A DNA stretch of 64,000 nt from Chiloscyllium plagiosum (Eukaryota). The notes below the pieces were generated by a model. The model did no database searches. It saw nothing but the letters and a program-made list of their open reading frames with translations, and was not told where the DNA came from. Positions 1 through 12,984 of the stretch are shown here, piece after piece (the stretch's first letter is position 1; every line of letters begins with the position of its first letter). A program made the translations under genes and the position numbers. The DNA lies in NCBI RefSeq assembly GCF_004010195.1, contig NC_057758.1:8645011-8709010 (forward strand). The letters are read 5' to 3'.

Positions 1-289
1 TCTTGGACATGGAGCTTCAATTTGGGTTGCCATCTGTTGGCTCAATTAGTTTAAATGATCCAGAAGGATTACCTCGTTACCCCCAACGCTCAGGATATTG
101 GTAACATTTTAAAGTTGATTTTTACATCATCCTTTTTTTTAAAAGTCGCAACTATCCCAGAATGAGCTGAAATTGTCCCCTCCCTCCTGCACTATCTCTT
201 TGCCATGTGTTTATCGCCTCTCTCTCCCTATTCCATGCATCGTTAGCAAATGGACCGGGTAACAAAACAGAAGTAACAACTCTGTTTGT

Positions 290-960
290 TCTTGCTCTAA
301 GCTTCTACACTAGCTCTCTGAATATCTGTTTTAAACATTAATCCCATTTCCTACCCACGTCGTTGATGCCTATGTGGACTACGTCTTGGGTCTGCTTTCC
401 CTCCCGCTTAAGGATCCCAAAAACAAATCCGAGACATCACGAACCCTGGCCCCTGGGAGGCAACACACCAACCGCGAGTCTCCCTCGTTCTCACAGAACT
501 TTGTATCTGTCCCCTAAATGTGGAATCACCATTGATTAAAGCTCTGCTCGTCAACCCTTTCCCTTCTGAGCGACAAGGACAGAGTCTGTGCCAGACATCT
601 GGATCAAATGGCTTACACCTGTTAACACGTCATACCAAACAGTATCCAAAGCTGTATACTTATTAATCAGAGCCACAGCCACATGAGTTCCCTGCACTGT
701 CTGCGTGTTATCTTTCTATCCCCTGAATATTACCCAGCTATCTTTTTCTTTTACTTGACTTGTGACTACCTCTCTTTAACTTCTCTCAAGTACTCCCTTA
801 GCCTCTCGATTGATCCGAAGTACATCCAGACCCAGTTCCATTTCTCTAATGCTAATTTTAAAGAGCTGGAATTGGGTGCACTTCCCGCAGATGAAGTCAG
901 CCGAGACACGAGTGCTGAATCTTCCCTCCCACATTCTGCAGGCAAAAATATTCAAATGCC
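290..960 (-). mobile_element. CR1-like LINE 5' region, ORF1 SGNH-esterase remnant
   Basis: Minus-strand translation gives CCLPGARVRDVS and VVHIGINDVGRK, the esterase motifs of CR1 ORF1. Homologous to the copies at ~42120, ~54300 and ~60390. Confidence 0.8.
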
Positions 961-1074
961 TTAACCTCCATTCCACCTCTTCTAAATTCACGGAGAGACT
1001 ATTGAAAAGTAAAACAAAAGTGAAAGCAAGCAGTTTATTCAAAATTTTGTAGCGTTATGGACCCATAGCGTCAG

Positions 1075-1900
1075 GGCGTAATACAATTTTACAGCGTGGA
1101 GACAGGGCCTTCTGTTCAAACTGCTCCATGCTGACAAAAATGTCCCTTCTCAGTAACCCCATTTCCCTGCACATGGCTCATATGTTTCTAAACCGCTCCG
1201 AGTGACGTATTTATCCAATGTCTTTTAAACCTTCTTAATGAAGCTACCTCAAACACTTCCACATGCTGCTCAGACCATATGCGTCTCACCACCTATATAA
1301 AAAGCTACTGCAAACATTTCCTTTTATTCTGGTCTTCCTGCCCTTAATACTGTCTTGTTCTCCGTTCCCCAATCTTGGCAAAGAAGACTGAGTGCATTAA
1401 TCGACCCATGCCTCTGACAAGATCATGGAGACATCGAGATGTATAGCACAGGAACAGATCATTCGATCAACTCGTCATGTCGACCAGACATCCTCACCTA
1501 ATCCTAACCCATTTGCCAGGAGTTGGAAGATATCCCTCTAAACTCCTCCTAATCATTTACCAATCCAGATGACTTTTAAATATGGACAACCCTTATCAAC
1601 ACATCTTGTCACTTGATCAAAGAACGCTAAAAACTTTGTTAGGCATGACCTCTCACGCATAAAGCCCTACTGAGTACTCCTAATCAATAATTTTCTTTAC
1701 AAATGCATGTGCATATTATTGCTCAGATTCTTTTCTAGTGGCTTGTCTGCCACAAATGTTAAGCTTACGGGCTATATTTCCCAAATTTTTTTTGCAGCCT
1801 TTTTTTTGAATAAGGGCACAACAGACTTCTCGAATCTCATCTTTGACTAAAGGTGTTGCAAAAATATCAGGCAGTGACCCCAGGTGTTTTTTTTTCTTTC
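1075..1900 (-). mobile_element. CR1/HER1-like LINE 3' tails (two) and RT fragment
   Basis: Two copies of the recurrent shark LINE tail (acagc..gaaacag..cc..cccattt) and degenerate ORF2 sequence resembling 46030-47455. Confidence 0.6.
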
Positions 1901-2259
1901 GCTTCTTTCAGTGAGTTTTCTACATGGCTAGAATTCCATCATATCAGGCAACATTCCGAAAATCTTTTCTGTAACCACTCCAAAGTACATACTCACACAG
2001 TCAGGCAGACCCTCTATCATAGACACGCTGTGTTTCACGCACAGACACATGTGTCCGCAAACTCAACCCCATACACACACCCTTTCACAGGCAATTTCCC
2101 CATCGCATCTCTCTACATGTTTTCACAGACGAAAACACACACGCTCTCTCGACACTCACACACGAACTAACTCAGATGACCACTCTGACACACACATATT
2201 CATTTAGATGTATTCTCTCTCTGTTCCTCTCTATACTTCCTGCATGTACACACACAAAT

Positions 2260-2822
2260 TTCCTTGCGTAAATTTTTATTTGCAGAATTATGATATATTA
2301 TATTTGCAGATATATTCTGTCTTGTTCAAAAAATGCGCAATCTGTGCAGTCAATGCGGGCAGTCAATACATGTGATCATTTGTAAATTCCACTTTGGAAA
2401 TAGAGCCAGTCCGACTGAATATTGGGATACAGACTCCAGACTCAGACCGCGTACCTTTAATGCATTGACTGAACGGAGATGTCGGTTTTTGTTCTATAAC
2501 CTTAAGTTATCGAGGAGGTGGCTTATAAGAAGTTTTGAGTTTACATATTTATGAACAGAAACCTGCAACCATTCTAACATATGAAAGGCCTAACAAGAAT
2601 CCAGCTGTGCTCAAGATATCTTTTCAGTTGCGTGGCACTATCTTCTTTTGAATAAATTTTGAATAAATTCTGTGTCTTCTGACTTTATATTCTACAACGT
2701 CCTGACAAAGGAGCAGTGCTCCAAAAGCTAGTGATTCCAAATGACCTGTTGGACTATCACCTGATTTTGCATGATTTTAACTTGGTCCACTGTAGTCCAA
2801 AACCAGTTCTTCCACATCATGC
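2260..2822 (+). mobile_element. Penelope-like element terminal region with decayed hammerhead
   Basis: Ends in cctgacaaaggagcagtgctccaaaagctagtg...cctgttggactat...ccacatcat, a Penelope-type terminal repeat layout. Confidence 0.55.
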
Positions 2823-3849
2823 CTTTCAGTGAAGGCAAGCATGCAACAAGACTTTTTCTGTTCCTTCACTGAGATCTTGATACTGGGATTCTCAATTGAA
2901 ATGAACTGGATAGCTGGTATGAAGAGTAAACACTAGGCAGCTAATTATCACGTTTCGAGGGAGTACATTCTCCTATAAAACCTGAAATCATGTCTCTGTT
3001 TACGTAATAGATATTTGCACATTCTGTAAATGCGAAGTTTCATTCGGGAATCATCAGACCACTAATTACACTGTGGAAACCACATTAAATCCGAATTCCA
3101 CTGAGTAGACTGAGACGAATCCATCCATTCCGTGTCTTCTTTTTAAAGATTGGGTCTGTCTTCAAAGAGCGAGATAAATCTGGGTTCAAGTTAAAGAATT
3201 TTTAAAAATATGTGAAATGTTCTGGAAGCGTTGGAAGGGATCATTTCTTCACTCTGCTTAATGAGTAAATGGTAAATGGTTGTACGGATTCACAAGAGAC
3301 AATTCTCCACGAAATACGCCGATCAGCGAGTTCAGATAAAACTTTGACACATATGTGCTACTAGATTATTAATACTATGTCACACAATATTTCTCAGAGT
3401 GAATTAAAAAATGATTTGAGCCAAAGTATAACGAACATAGGTTTGGGTAGATTTATTATGTTTTTGATGCATTTACAGCGATTAGTTCCCAATCACAATT
3501 GCGCTGAGGAAGGGTTATTGAATATGAATATCATCCCACAGATGTTGTCATACCTGTGCTGTTTTATTTTCTCAATTTTTGTAAGATTATTTGTTTTATT
3601 GTATTCCAAGTAAGATCATTTCTGCTTGTGTCGGCTTCACACTCGTGCTAATCGAGTTCCAGGTTCTTGAAATTCGGGTCATGACGACGGTGATTAGGCA
3701 ACACATACTGCGTTCAGTTGCATGTACTATTTTTGGGGTAATTAACAAAGATGTTAATGAGGACACGCAGGAGGAAGTAACCTTCTACAGGCAGATCGTT
3801 TCAAAGAAATGTTTATATTTGTTTTGTTACACTTTTCATTAGTTTAACT

Positions 3850-5490
3850 GCTTCATCTACTCATCAGCCAACACAATAGTACAAACGTTCAGGCTGATGT
3901 ATTCGTAACAACGTCCATCAGAACAGCCGAGAGGGTAATCCATTACAGCATCCTTCAGTGGTCGACCGAATCAAAGGTAACAGTCTCCATGCAGTTCATT
4001 GCACTCCTCGTGACATCAAGAAAAGGCTGGAGGCGCAGGATACTGCAAACTCAATAGGCCTTGTTAACGTTCTGGCAATAGTACTGAAGACATCTGCTCC
4101 ACAACTTGCCGCTGCCCTCGCCAAGCTCTTCCAGTTCGGCTGCAACAGCGGCATCTACCGACAATGTGCAAGATTGCTCAACTATGTCCTTACACAAAAA
4201 GCAGGACAAATCCAACCCGGCCATTTATCGCCCAATCAGTCTATTGTCCATCATGAGAAAAGTGATGGAAGGGTTCATTAACAGTGATATCAGCAGAAAT
4301 TGCTCAGAAACAACCTGCTCAGTGACGCCCAGTTTGTGTTATGCCAGGGTCACTCAGCTCCAGATCTCATTACAGCCGTAGTTTAAACATTGACATATGA
4401 ACAGAATTACAAGGGTGAAGTGAGAGTGCAGCCCTTGATATCAAGATCACTTTTGACAGAGTTAGGTATCAAGGACCACTATCAAAATTGGGATCAATGA
4501 GAATCAGGAGGTAAAATCTTCGCTAATTAGAGTCCTGTTGCAAAGGAAGATGGCTGTGTTTGTGGAGGCTCAGTCTTCTCAGCTCAAAAATATCTCTACC
4601 AGAGTTCCTCAGAATCGTATCCTATAATTAGCTACATTATCAAAGACCATTCCTCTGTTCACCGCTGAAAGTGTAATGTTCTGCACCATTCGCAACTGCT
4701 CAGATACTGAAGCAGTTCGTGCTCAAATGTAACAAGATATACACAATATCCAGACTAGCGCCAACAAGTGGCTAATATCGAACGTGTCACACAAATGCTT
4801 GACAATGACCATTACCAATAAAAGAGACTCTTACCATCACCCCATAACATTAAGCGGTATTACCATCGCTGAGTCCACCGCAGTCAACAACATTGGAGTT
4901 ATATTGACCGGACACTCAACTGGCTTCAGCACATGAAAATATGGACTGCAAGAACAAGTCAGAGGTAGCGATACTGCCGGGAGTAAGTCACTTCCTGACA
5001 TACCACTGTCGATCTACTATCTACGAGGCACAATTCAGGATGAATTGCGGTGGAGTACTCCCCAATTGCCTATATGGGTACAAGTTTAAAGTCACTCAAG
5101 AAGCTTGACCCTATCAAGCACAAACCAACAGCTTGACTGGCAACACATCAACGAACAATAAATCCCTTCAACACCGGGTCTCAGTAGCAGCAGTGTGTAC
5201 TAACTGCAAGATACACTGCGGAAATTCAGGGAAGTCCCTCAGACATCGCCTTACAAATCCAGGACCACTTCCATCCAGAACGACAACGGCAACAGGTAAT
5301 TGGGAGCAGCACGACCGACACGTTCCCCTCCAAGCCACTTACAATCCTGACTTGGAAATTTACCGCTATTCCTTCACAGTCATTGTGTTAAAGTGTTGAC
5401 ATTCCCTCTCTCCTGTCATTGTGGGTCATCCCACAGCATGTGAAATGCAGCGATTCATGCAGGTCGCCCACAACAACTTCTGAAAAATGA
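3850..5490 (+). mobile_element. Non-LTR retrotransposon (CR1/L2 supergroup) ORF2 RT and 3' end, degenerate
   Basis: ORF fragments LAAALAKLFQ and HKKQDKSNPAIYRPISLLSIMRKVMEG (the YRPISL pre-RT motif), with many stops and frameshifts. Confidence 0.85.
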
Positions 5491-5494
5491 GTTG

Positions 5495-5918
5495 CTGGGC
5501 ATGTAGGCAGCCTGTCTCCCCAATGTAGAGGAGGCCAAATCTGGTGCAGCGGATGCAGTAAATGATGTGTGTGGAGGTGCAGGTGGATTTGTGACGGATA
5601 TGGAAGGATCCCTCGGGTCCTTGGAGGGAAGTGAGGGGGAGGTGTGGGGCGCAGGTTTTGCATTACTTGTGGTTGCAGGGGAAGATGCCTTGAGTGGAGT
5701 TTGGGTTTGTGGAGGATGTGGACTTGATGAGGGAGTCGCGGAGGGAGTGGCCTTTCTGGAATGCTGATAGGGGAGGGGAGGTAAATTTATCCTTGGTGGT
5801 GGTGTCTCTTTGGAGGTGGTGGAAATGACGAAGGATGATACAATTTATCTGGAGGTTGGTGGGGTGGTAGGTGAGGACCAATGGGGTTCTGTCCTGGTGG
5901 CGATTGGAGGAGCGGGGA
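5495..5918 (-). mobile_element. Penelope-like element fragment: Cys-rich linker and GIY-YIG endonuclease N-terminus
   Basis: RTPLVLTYHPT...FPCNHK, followed by IIYCIRCTRFGLLYIGETG. Homologous to 48360-48600. Confidence 0.85.
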
Positions 5919-5959
5919 AATTCATCCTTTCTTTTTTTTTTGCTGGTGAAATGGTTTTC

Positions 5960-6279
5960 GAAATAGAACCCGACAGAGTGGAAACGCGCTCTTTGACCCA
6001 ACAAGTTCACACCGACCCTCCGAAGCGTAATCCCCCCAGACCCATTCTCCTGCCCGATATTTTTCCCTGACTCATCCACCATACTGATACATTCCTATGG
6101 CCCATTAAGTATGGCCAATTGACCTAACGTGCTCAATCTTGGTCTGGAGGAACAAACCCGCGCAGACACGGGGAATATGTGGAAACTCCACACAGATAGC
6201 TGCCGGAGGCTGGATTTGAACTTGGATCCCTGCCACTGTGCGGAAGCAAGGCTGGCCACTGAGCTACCATGCCGTCCAC
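5960..6279 (-). mobile_element. HE1-type V-SINE
   Basis: Reverse complement of the 30120-30449 SINE (tRNA head, V-domain, LINE-derived tail), diverged and with an internal deletion. Confidence 0.85.
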
Positions 6280-6700
6280 GAATGATGGGATGAGGGAGGA
6301 TGGTTTTGTGTTGCTTTGTGCTTTGTGCAACTTTATTCACAATAAAGTGACATGTTCTGGTTCCATATCTGATGCCAGGACTTTTATTTCGAATAATTTG
6401 AAAGAGCCGAGCAGTTGACAGAACGCAGCAGAGGATTTTTTGTGTGTGTCCTAATTGGCAGTGGCCAAGTTGAAATAAGCTGCGACACCAGAAGCAGGAA
6501 ACCATTAGCAGTGAGCTTTGAATTCGAGATTTGTTTTCTTGAAATCAAAGTCAACAATCTGCCCGGGCGGGATTCAAAAACACCAGATTAGTACACTCAT
6601 TTTCTGGATTCAAAAAGTTTCAATAAAATTGACAATTGCATTAATTAAAATACTTTATGAATTAATAGTCGATACATTAGACCTGAAGAGATGGAAATGT

Positions 6701-6943
6701 GTTGCTGGAAAAGCGCAGCAGGTCAGGCAGCATCTAGGGAACAGGAGAATCGACGTTTCGGGCATTAGCCCTCCTTCAGGAATGAGGAAAGTTGGTCCAG
6801 CAGACTAAGATATTCCATATTCCCTATCTTTTATCTTAGCCTGCTGGACCAACTTTCCTCATTCCTGAAGAAGGGCTAATGCCAGAGACGTCGATTCTCC
6901 TGTTCCCTAGATGCTGCCTGACCTCCTGCGCTTTTCCAGCAAC
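6701..6943. repeat. Inverted repeat of two Penelope terminal segments (112-bp arms, 19-nt spacer)
   Basis: 6701-6812 is the reverse complement of 6832-6943 with 5 mismatches. Both arms match 48003-48113. Confidence 0.95.
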
Positions 6944-8009
6944 NNNNNNNNNNNNNNNNNNNNNNNNNNNNNNNNNNNNNNNNNNNNNNNNNNNNNNNNN
7001 NNNNNNNNNNNNNNNNNNNNNNNNNNNNNNNNNNNNNNNNNNNNNNNNNNNNNNNNNNNNNNNNNNNNNNNNNNNNNNNNNNNNNNNNNNNNNNNNNNNN
7101 NNNNNNNNNNNNNNNNNNNNNNNNNNNNNNNNNNNNNNNNNNNNNNNNNNNNNNNNNNNNNNNNNNNNNNNNNNNNNNNNNNNNNNNNNNNNNNNNNNNN
7201 NNNNNNNNNNNNNNNNNNNNNNNNNNNNNNNNNNNNNNNNNNNNNNNNNNNNNNNNNNNNNNNNNNNNNNNNNNNNNNNNNNNNNNNNNNNNNNNNNNNN
7301 NNNNNNNNNNNNNNNNNNNNNNNNNNNNNNNNNNNNNNNNNNNNNNNNNNNNNNNNNNNNNNNNNNNNNNNNNNNNNNNNNNNNNNNNNNNNNNNNNNNN
7401 NNNNNNNNNNNNNNNNNNNNNNNNNNNNNNNNNNNNNNNNNNNNNNNNNNNNNNNNNNNNNNNNNNNNNNNNNNNNNNNNNNNNNNNNNNNNNNNNNNNN
7501 NNNNNNNNNNNNNNNNNNNNNNNNNNNNNNNNNNNNNNNNNNNNNNNNNNNNNNNNNNNNNNNNNNNNNNNNNNNNNNNNNNNNNNNNNNNNNNNNNNNN
7601 NNNNNNNNNNNNNNNNNNNNNNNNNNNNNNNNNNNNNNNNNNNNNNNNNNNNNNNNNNCTGGAGAACGATCATTCCTTGGGTCAGCAAACAGGGTGTGAG
7701 AGAGATTTAGAATGGATTGTTTTGTTGCTAATATACTTGGAAGTTTTTCAGTGAAAGGGAGGTCGAAAATTGTACTGTCCTCTTCCTTCATAAGGATCCT
7801 TGTCAATGACATTCATGGCTGAATGCTTACAACAACTGAAATTTCACATTCGAATCTCGACAGTGGGTGAAATCAGAGTGATGGAAAACGCTTTATTGTG
7901 AGGCAACAAGAAAACAGTAAGGGGATCAGAGAGCGGGGCAGGAGGAGAAAGATATCCCACAGGGTAGCTGCCGCTGAAATCTCAGTATCACTTCCTTCAC
8001 TAACCGTGC

Positions 8010-8345
8010 ATTCCTGTTCATTCACGGGATGTGGGGATCGTTCCCTGATTCAGCATTTATCTCTTGTCGCCACGTGCCCTGGTTGAGAACGTTGGCGGGA
8101 GGGAATATATGCAGTTGAGCTACTTCTTGAATTGCTGCAGTCAGACCCACAATTAAACACCAGGGAGGAGAAAAATCAAAATTTTGAGCCAGTGTCACTG
8201 ACGAAATGACGAATATACTTCGAAGTCAGGAGCGAGTGCCTTGGAGCGGAATGTGCTGGAGAGTGGTGCCTCCATATATCTGTCCCTCTTCTAATTCCAG
8301 ATATAAGTGACTGTGCGGTTGAAAGGTGCCGTCTATTATCCCTCT
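8010..8345 (-). mobile_element. LINE 3' end, same family as 3850-5490
   Basis: Reverse complement aligns by eye to 5250-5480 (tcctgactt.gaa core). Confidence 0.6.
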
Positions 8346-9034
8346 GGTTGTGCTTCAGCGACGTGTTACCGGTGCTGTTAGAACAGACAAGAAACTGATT
8401 CTACGAAGCTAACTGTCTTAGGATGGTAACGGTCTGTCTGCCATTTCTGATCATTGCCCTCCTCATTCCAGACACACCCCCACGCCTCGCCCCACCACAT
8501 AATAATATGGTGCATGCCAGTCAAATCTGAAATTCGACACATGACACAGGATGTGAATAATGCAGTGGGAGGCTTCCTTCACGTTTCGAAAAGCGAGGTG
8601 CTCTCCTTTGGGTGATTTGGCTGTAGTTCACAGACGGGGGTGGGGCTCAACATTCGCTTACTAATGTGTTTAAACACAAATTCTGTCACTTCCATACGAA
8701 GGAACACAATCAAGAAGGGCCCAATTTACTGTAATTAGCTTTAGGCACAGCCGAACATGAACCTTACCGTGTCCCATGCTCAATCTTTCGTGAATCATTC
8801 AACGTCATGGAAAAAAGCAATGCAGAAACAATGAGCATCTATTCAGTAACTGAATTTCATCACTTTTGTATCTTTCAATTCTGCGCCGCCCTCCACACAA
8901 GTTCCAGTCGATGGTTACAGCTGACAAGCAGTGAATACAAGATCATTAATGCCCTCAGTTAAGGGATGTAATTCTCACCAAATCTCGTGGGATTGACCCA
9001 AAACTGAGTTCGCAAAGTTGTTTTATGTTCCATT

Positions 9035-9943
9035 TTAAGATTGTGAAATGGGAAAAGCATTGTGCGATCCCGTTGAAGAATTATGTTATTTTCGGTGCTG
9101 TGTTAGAATGGAAGTTTGTCAACTGCTTTAAAGTGTGCATAGCAGACAGAGATCTAATTTAAACATTTTTCATCAACAGGACAAGCAGCAGTTTTTATTA
9201 AAACAAATACATATTTTTATAATATTGAGCCAAACAATTTTAATCAGGCCCTTAGAGAACAAAAATTCATTAAAATTAAATCTGATGGATTTGATAAGCA
9301 ATGAGCAATCTGATCACAAAATGTTGATCGGTCCTCAATCTTACAGAAGATGAGGATACTTGGAAAATCGTGAGAGAACCAATTGCCCTCTGCAAAGAAA
9401 TGTTAGCTCTCAGCTCTTTGAGAAACCGCCAGCGCTTAATTATGACAACGTGATACACTATCTGACGTTCCAACAGAAAAATCCACAGAGAAATCATTCC
9501 TGAGCGAAGGATCTACAGAGGAAGCCTTCCTGACAGAAGGATCAGCGAAGAAAAAAGACGCCGAAAGATCCAGAAGATTCAAAATCAGCTGTAACTTCGA
9601 CAGGCTAAATTCCACTGTTTTACTTCACAAATTGAACTTGTATTTGTTGAAGCAGCATAACATTAGTTGTTTGCATTATTCATTAATAGTTACAACCTAG
9701 AGGGGTATTATTCACTGTGTTAATATTCAGTTAATTTTTCATTGTTAGAGTTATTTAGAGAAAGTATCACTAGCGGACTATGAAGTGAGAGCCAGTTATT
9801 TTACTTGAGTACACAAATTTGCTGCAAAGTAAAAGGAATTACACTGCTTCTTACATTCCTTTTAACAAATTACAGGGTGAACTGCATCCCTTTGGGTGAT
9901 TCCGATGTAGGTCACGTTGGGAAGCGTCAACCTCAGCTTAACA
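9035..9943 (+). mobile_element. Probable solo LTR
   Basis: Both ends resemble the reverse complement of the LTR at 14366-15272 (tgtgaaatgggaaaagcattg at the start, cctcagcttaaca at the end). Confidence 0.55.
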
Positions 9944-10784
9944 GCAATTGTAAAGACAACTTTTGCCTCTTTGATTGATGAGAAAACTGTAAATATAGAA
10001 AACAGGACAACACAAGGGTGGGGAGTCAGAAGGTGGGGGGGATCGATCAGTCACTTGTGATCATCGTATGATCACGAGCAGGTCATTGGTTGACATCATT
10101 GGCATGGGATTGTTTTAAAACAGACCATTTGTAATTTTCATTCAATGCAAAGGAAAACAACACAAATCATTTCAAAACTGATGTGGATTGCGTACACATG
10201 AAGAATTCCTGCAATATTTCATCAAATTACTAATGACTGAATGCTTGACTCATGGAACAATCTCCATATTCGCAGTTCCAGACCACCACGTTCATGATAT
10301 TATCTGTAAATAATCGAACATACATGCACACAGGCAAATGCACACATACTCACAAACAACCAAATTGACACACAGAGTAAAACACACTTTCACACTCACT
10401 TGCGCATATATACCTGAACACAAAAAGACATAATCTATAAAAATACAACTGAGACCCAGTGCGAGGTAATTCCTATTTTGTCACAATATTCAGCTGCTGG
10501 ATTGTCTCTCGCATTGCAATAGTGTTTGTATGGGAAGGCTCATACTTGAACACTCATTGTTGTAAAACGTTTGTGTTATCTATAGTAAAGCAACATTCCC
10601 AATGGTACAATGTCTAAGTTTCAGAAAACTAAAATATGGTAACTCCGCAGTACTCAATGTGTAAACTGTCTGCAGTCTGCTAAATCCATAGTGTGGGGTA
10701 ACAGATTTAGATAGTCAGTACTGTGGAAACTTTCTACTGTCTACAATGATACATAGTCTACAGGATGGACGTTGTGTTTCGCAG

Positions 10785-11122
10785 GGAGGCGATGGTCTGT
10801 TGTTATTATCACTGGAATATTAACCATCAGTCCCACATAATTTCCTGCGGAGTTCTAATCCTGACCAAAATAGATGGTGAAAATTGAGATCAATACAATA
10901 TCTGGAACAGAGTCCCATGATGAATATGATCGATTGTCGCAAAAACTGAACTGGTTCACTAATGATCTTCAGGGAAGGAAACTGCCATCCTCACCAGGTC
11001 TGGTGTACATGTATCTGTAGGGCACAGCAATGCGGATGGCTCTTACCTGCCCTCTGGGCAATTCATAATGGGCGTTAAATGCTACCTGACCTGCGACGCC
11101 CTCAACTTGTGAATGAATAAAG
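10785..11122 (+). mobile_element. tRNA-derived SINE (second family)
   Basis: Homologous to 55793-56125: tattatcact head, ggtctg..tacatgt core, ctgccctctgggcaatt, and tgaataaa tail. Confidence 0.7.
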
Positions 11123-11187
11123 GTACGAAACCACAATGAGATGCTGAAATATTTCTCGTCATTACCTGGTGAATTGCAGCCTTTGTT

Positions 11188-12400
11188 AGAACATAGCACA
11201 TAGAAAAGTACAGCAAAAAACAGGCAGATACATCTACGAGGTTTAATCCACATGTAAAACAAAATAACCTGACCCACGCACCAAGCAACTTACTGTCTTT
11301 CATCTTCATGCGCTTAAATGTCTCTTATGACTATACTTCCAATTCCACTGCTGGCAACGCATTTCATGCATTCACAAATCTGCGTCAAAAAATATACCTT
11401 TCATGTCTCCTCTATACCTTCCTCCTAATACCTTCCTCCTAATATCTCAAAACTATGATTCCTGGTCCCAGTCAATTCTGCCCTGGGGAAAAGTGTCTGG
11501 CTATTTACTCTACCAATACCTGTCATTACCTTCTACACCTCGATTAGCTCACCACTCTTCCTCCTTCTCTATAGAGAAAGAGAGTCCTAGCTTCGGCAAC
11601 GTTGCTTCATAAAACAAACCCTCCAGTCCAGGAATCACCCTGATAAACCGCCCTTGGACCCTCTCCACATCGTCTGTATCTTTCCCATAGTGGGGCGACG
11701 AGAACTGAACCCAATATTCCAAGTGCGGCCTCACCAGGGACTTGTCCAGCTGCAGCAAAACTTTGCAGCTCTTAAACTAGATTCCCCTGTTAATGAAAGC
11801 CAAAACTCCATATGTTTTCTGAACAAACCACTTGGATGGCAACTTTGAAGGATCTATGTACTTGAACACCAATATCCCTCTGTTCCTTCACACTGCCAAG
11901 AATCATATCTTTAATCCTATATTAGGCATTCAAGTTCGATCATCCAAAATGCACCACTTCGCATTTATACAGATTGAACTCCATCCGCCTTTTCTCAGCC
12001 CAGCTGTTCATTTTGTCTCTATTACTCTCTAGCTTGCAATAGCCGTCAATAATATCAACGGCATATCCCCTTTGTGTCGTTCGCAAATTTACGAACCCAC
12101 CTCTCAATCACCTCGTCCAAGTCATTTACAAAAGCTACAGAGGCACAAGAACAGAGCCCTGCGGGACAACACACAACAATGACCTCCCAGTAGTAGAATG
12201 CTTTCCGACTACAAAATCTCTCTGCTTTCTGTCAGCCAAACTACCTTGAATCCAGATAGCGAAATCTCCCTGTATCAAATATCTCCTGACTTTACGAATG
12301 AAGTACCTTGGGGAACTTTAGCAAATGCTTTGCTGACCTCCACATACTCCACACGTACTGCTCGACCTTTGTCGATCTGTCTTGTAACCTCCAGAGATTG
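11188..12400 (-). mobile_element. CR1/HER1-like LINE ORF2 C-terminal part and 3' tail
   Basis: ORF 11549-11758 reads LVRPHLEYWVQFSSPHYGKD..VERVQGRFIRVIPGL, a classic CR1 C-terminus. Confidence 0.9.
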
Positions 12401-12454
12401 TATTGAGTCTTGTGGCATTTGAGATTCGTTTTGGAGGCATTTCTTTCAAACAAA

Positions 12455-12773
12455 CAATTAGGTTACATTCCCTACGGTATGGAGATGGGCCCATCAAGTT
12501 TACACCGACCCTCCAAAGTTGAACCAAACCCAGATCCGTTCCCCTGCCCTATAATATACCTCTGACTAATACACTTAACACGATGGGCAATTTAGCAAAA
12601 CCAATCCATCTGCACATCTTTGGACTGTGGGAGGAAACCGGAACACCCGGAGGAAACCCACGCAGACACAGGGAGAATGTGCATATTCTGCACAGACAGA
12701 TGCCGGATACAGGAATCGATCCCAGGCCCCTGGCGCTGTGAGGCAGCATTGCTAGTCATTGAGCCACCGTGGC
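12455..12773 (-). mobile_element. HE1-type V-SINE
   Basis: Contains the V-domain ggactgtgggaggaaaccggaacacccggaggaaacccacgcagacac and the tRNA head. Confidence 0.9.
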
Positions 12774-12984
12774 AAATCCTAAATGAGTCGAGATTGTTCC
12801 TCATCACATCCGTGTGTAGCCTTTCCTTCAAACCTGTCTCGTTCCAGACTTTTCGCCACCTAATGCATTTATGAGGAGAGATCGGACGACAAACCATTCT
12901 CACCCATTGAGTTATTCTTTAAAAAAACCTGCAACATGCAAGTTACTGATAAAGTGGAATATTTCACAGAATCCTTGTAAATTT

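Noticed and set aside
6876..7812. Long ORFs in the supplied track that span N runs (also at 17.3, 23.2, 34.6, 58.7 and 61.6 kb)
   Set aside because: They are artefacts of translating assembly gaps as X.
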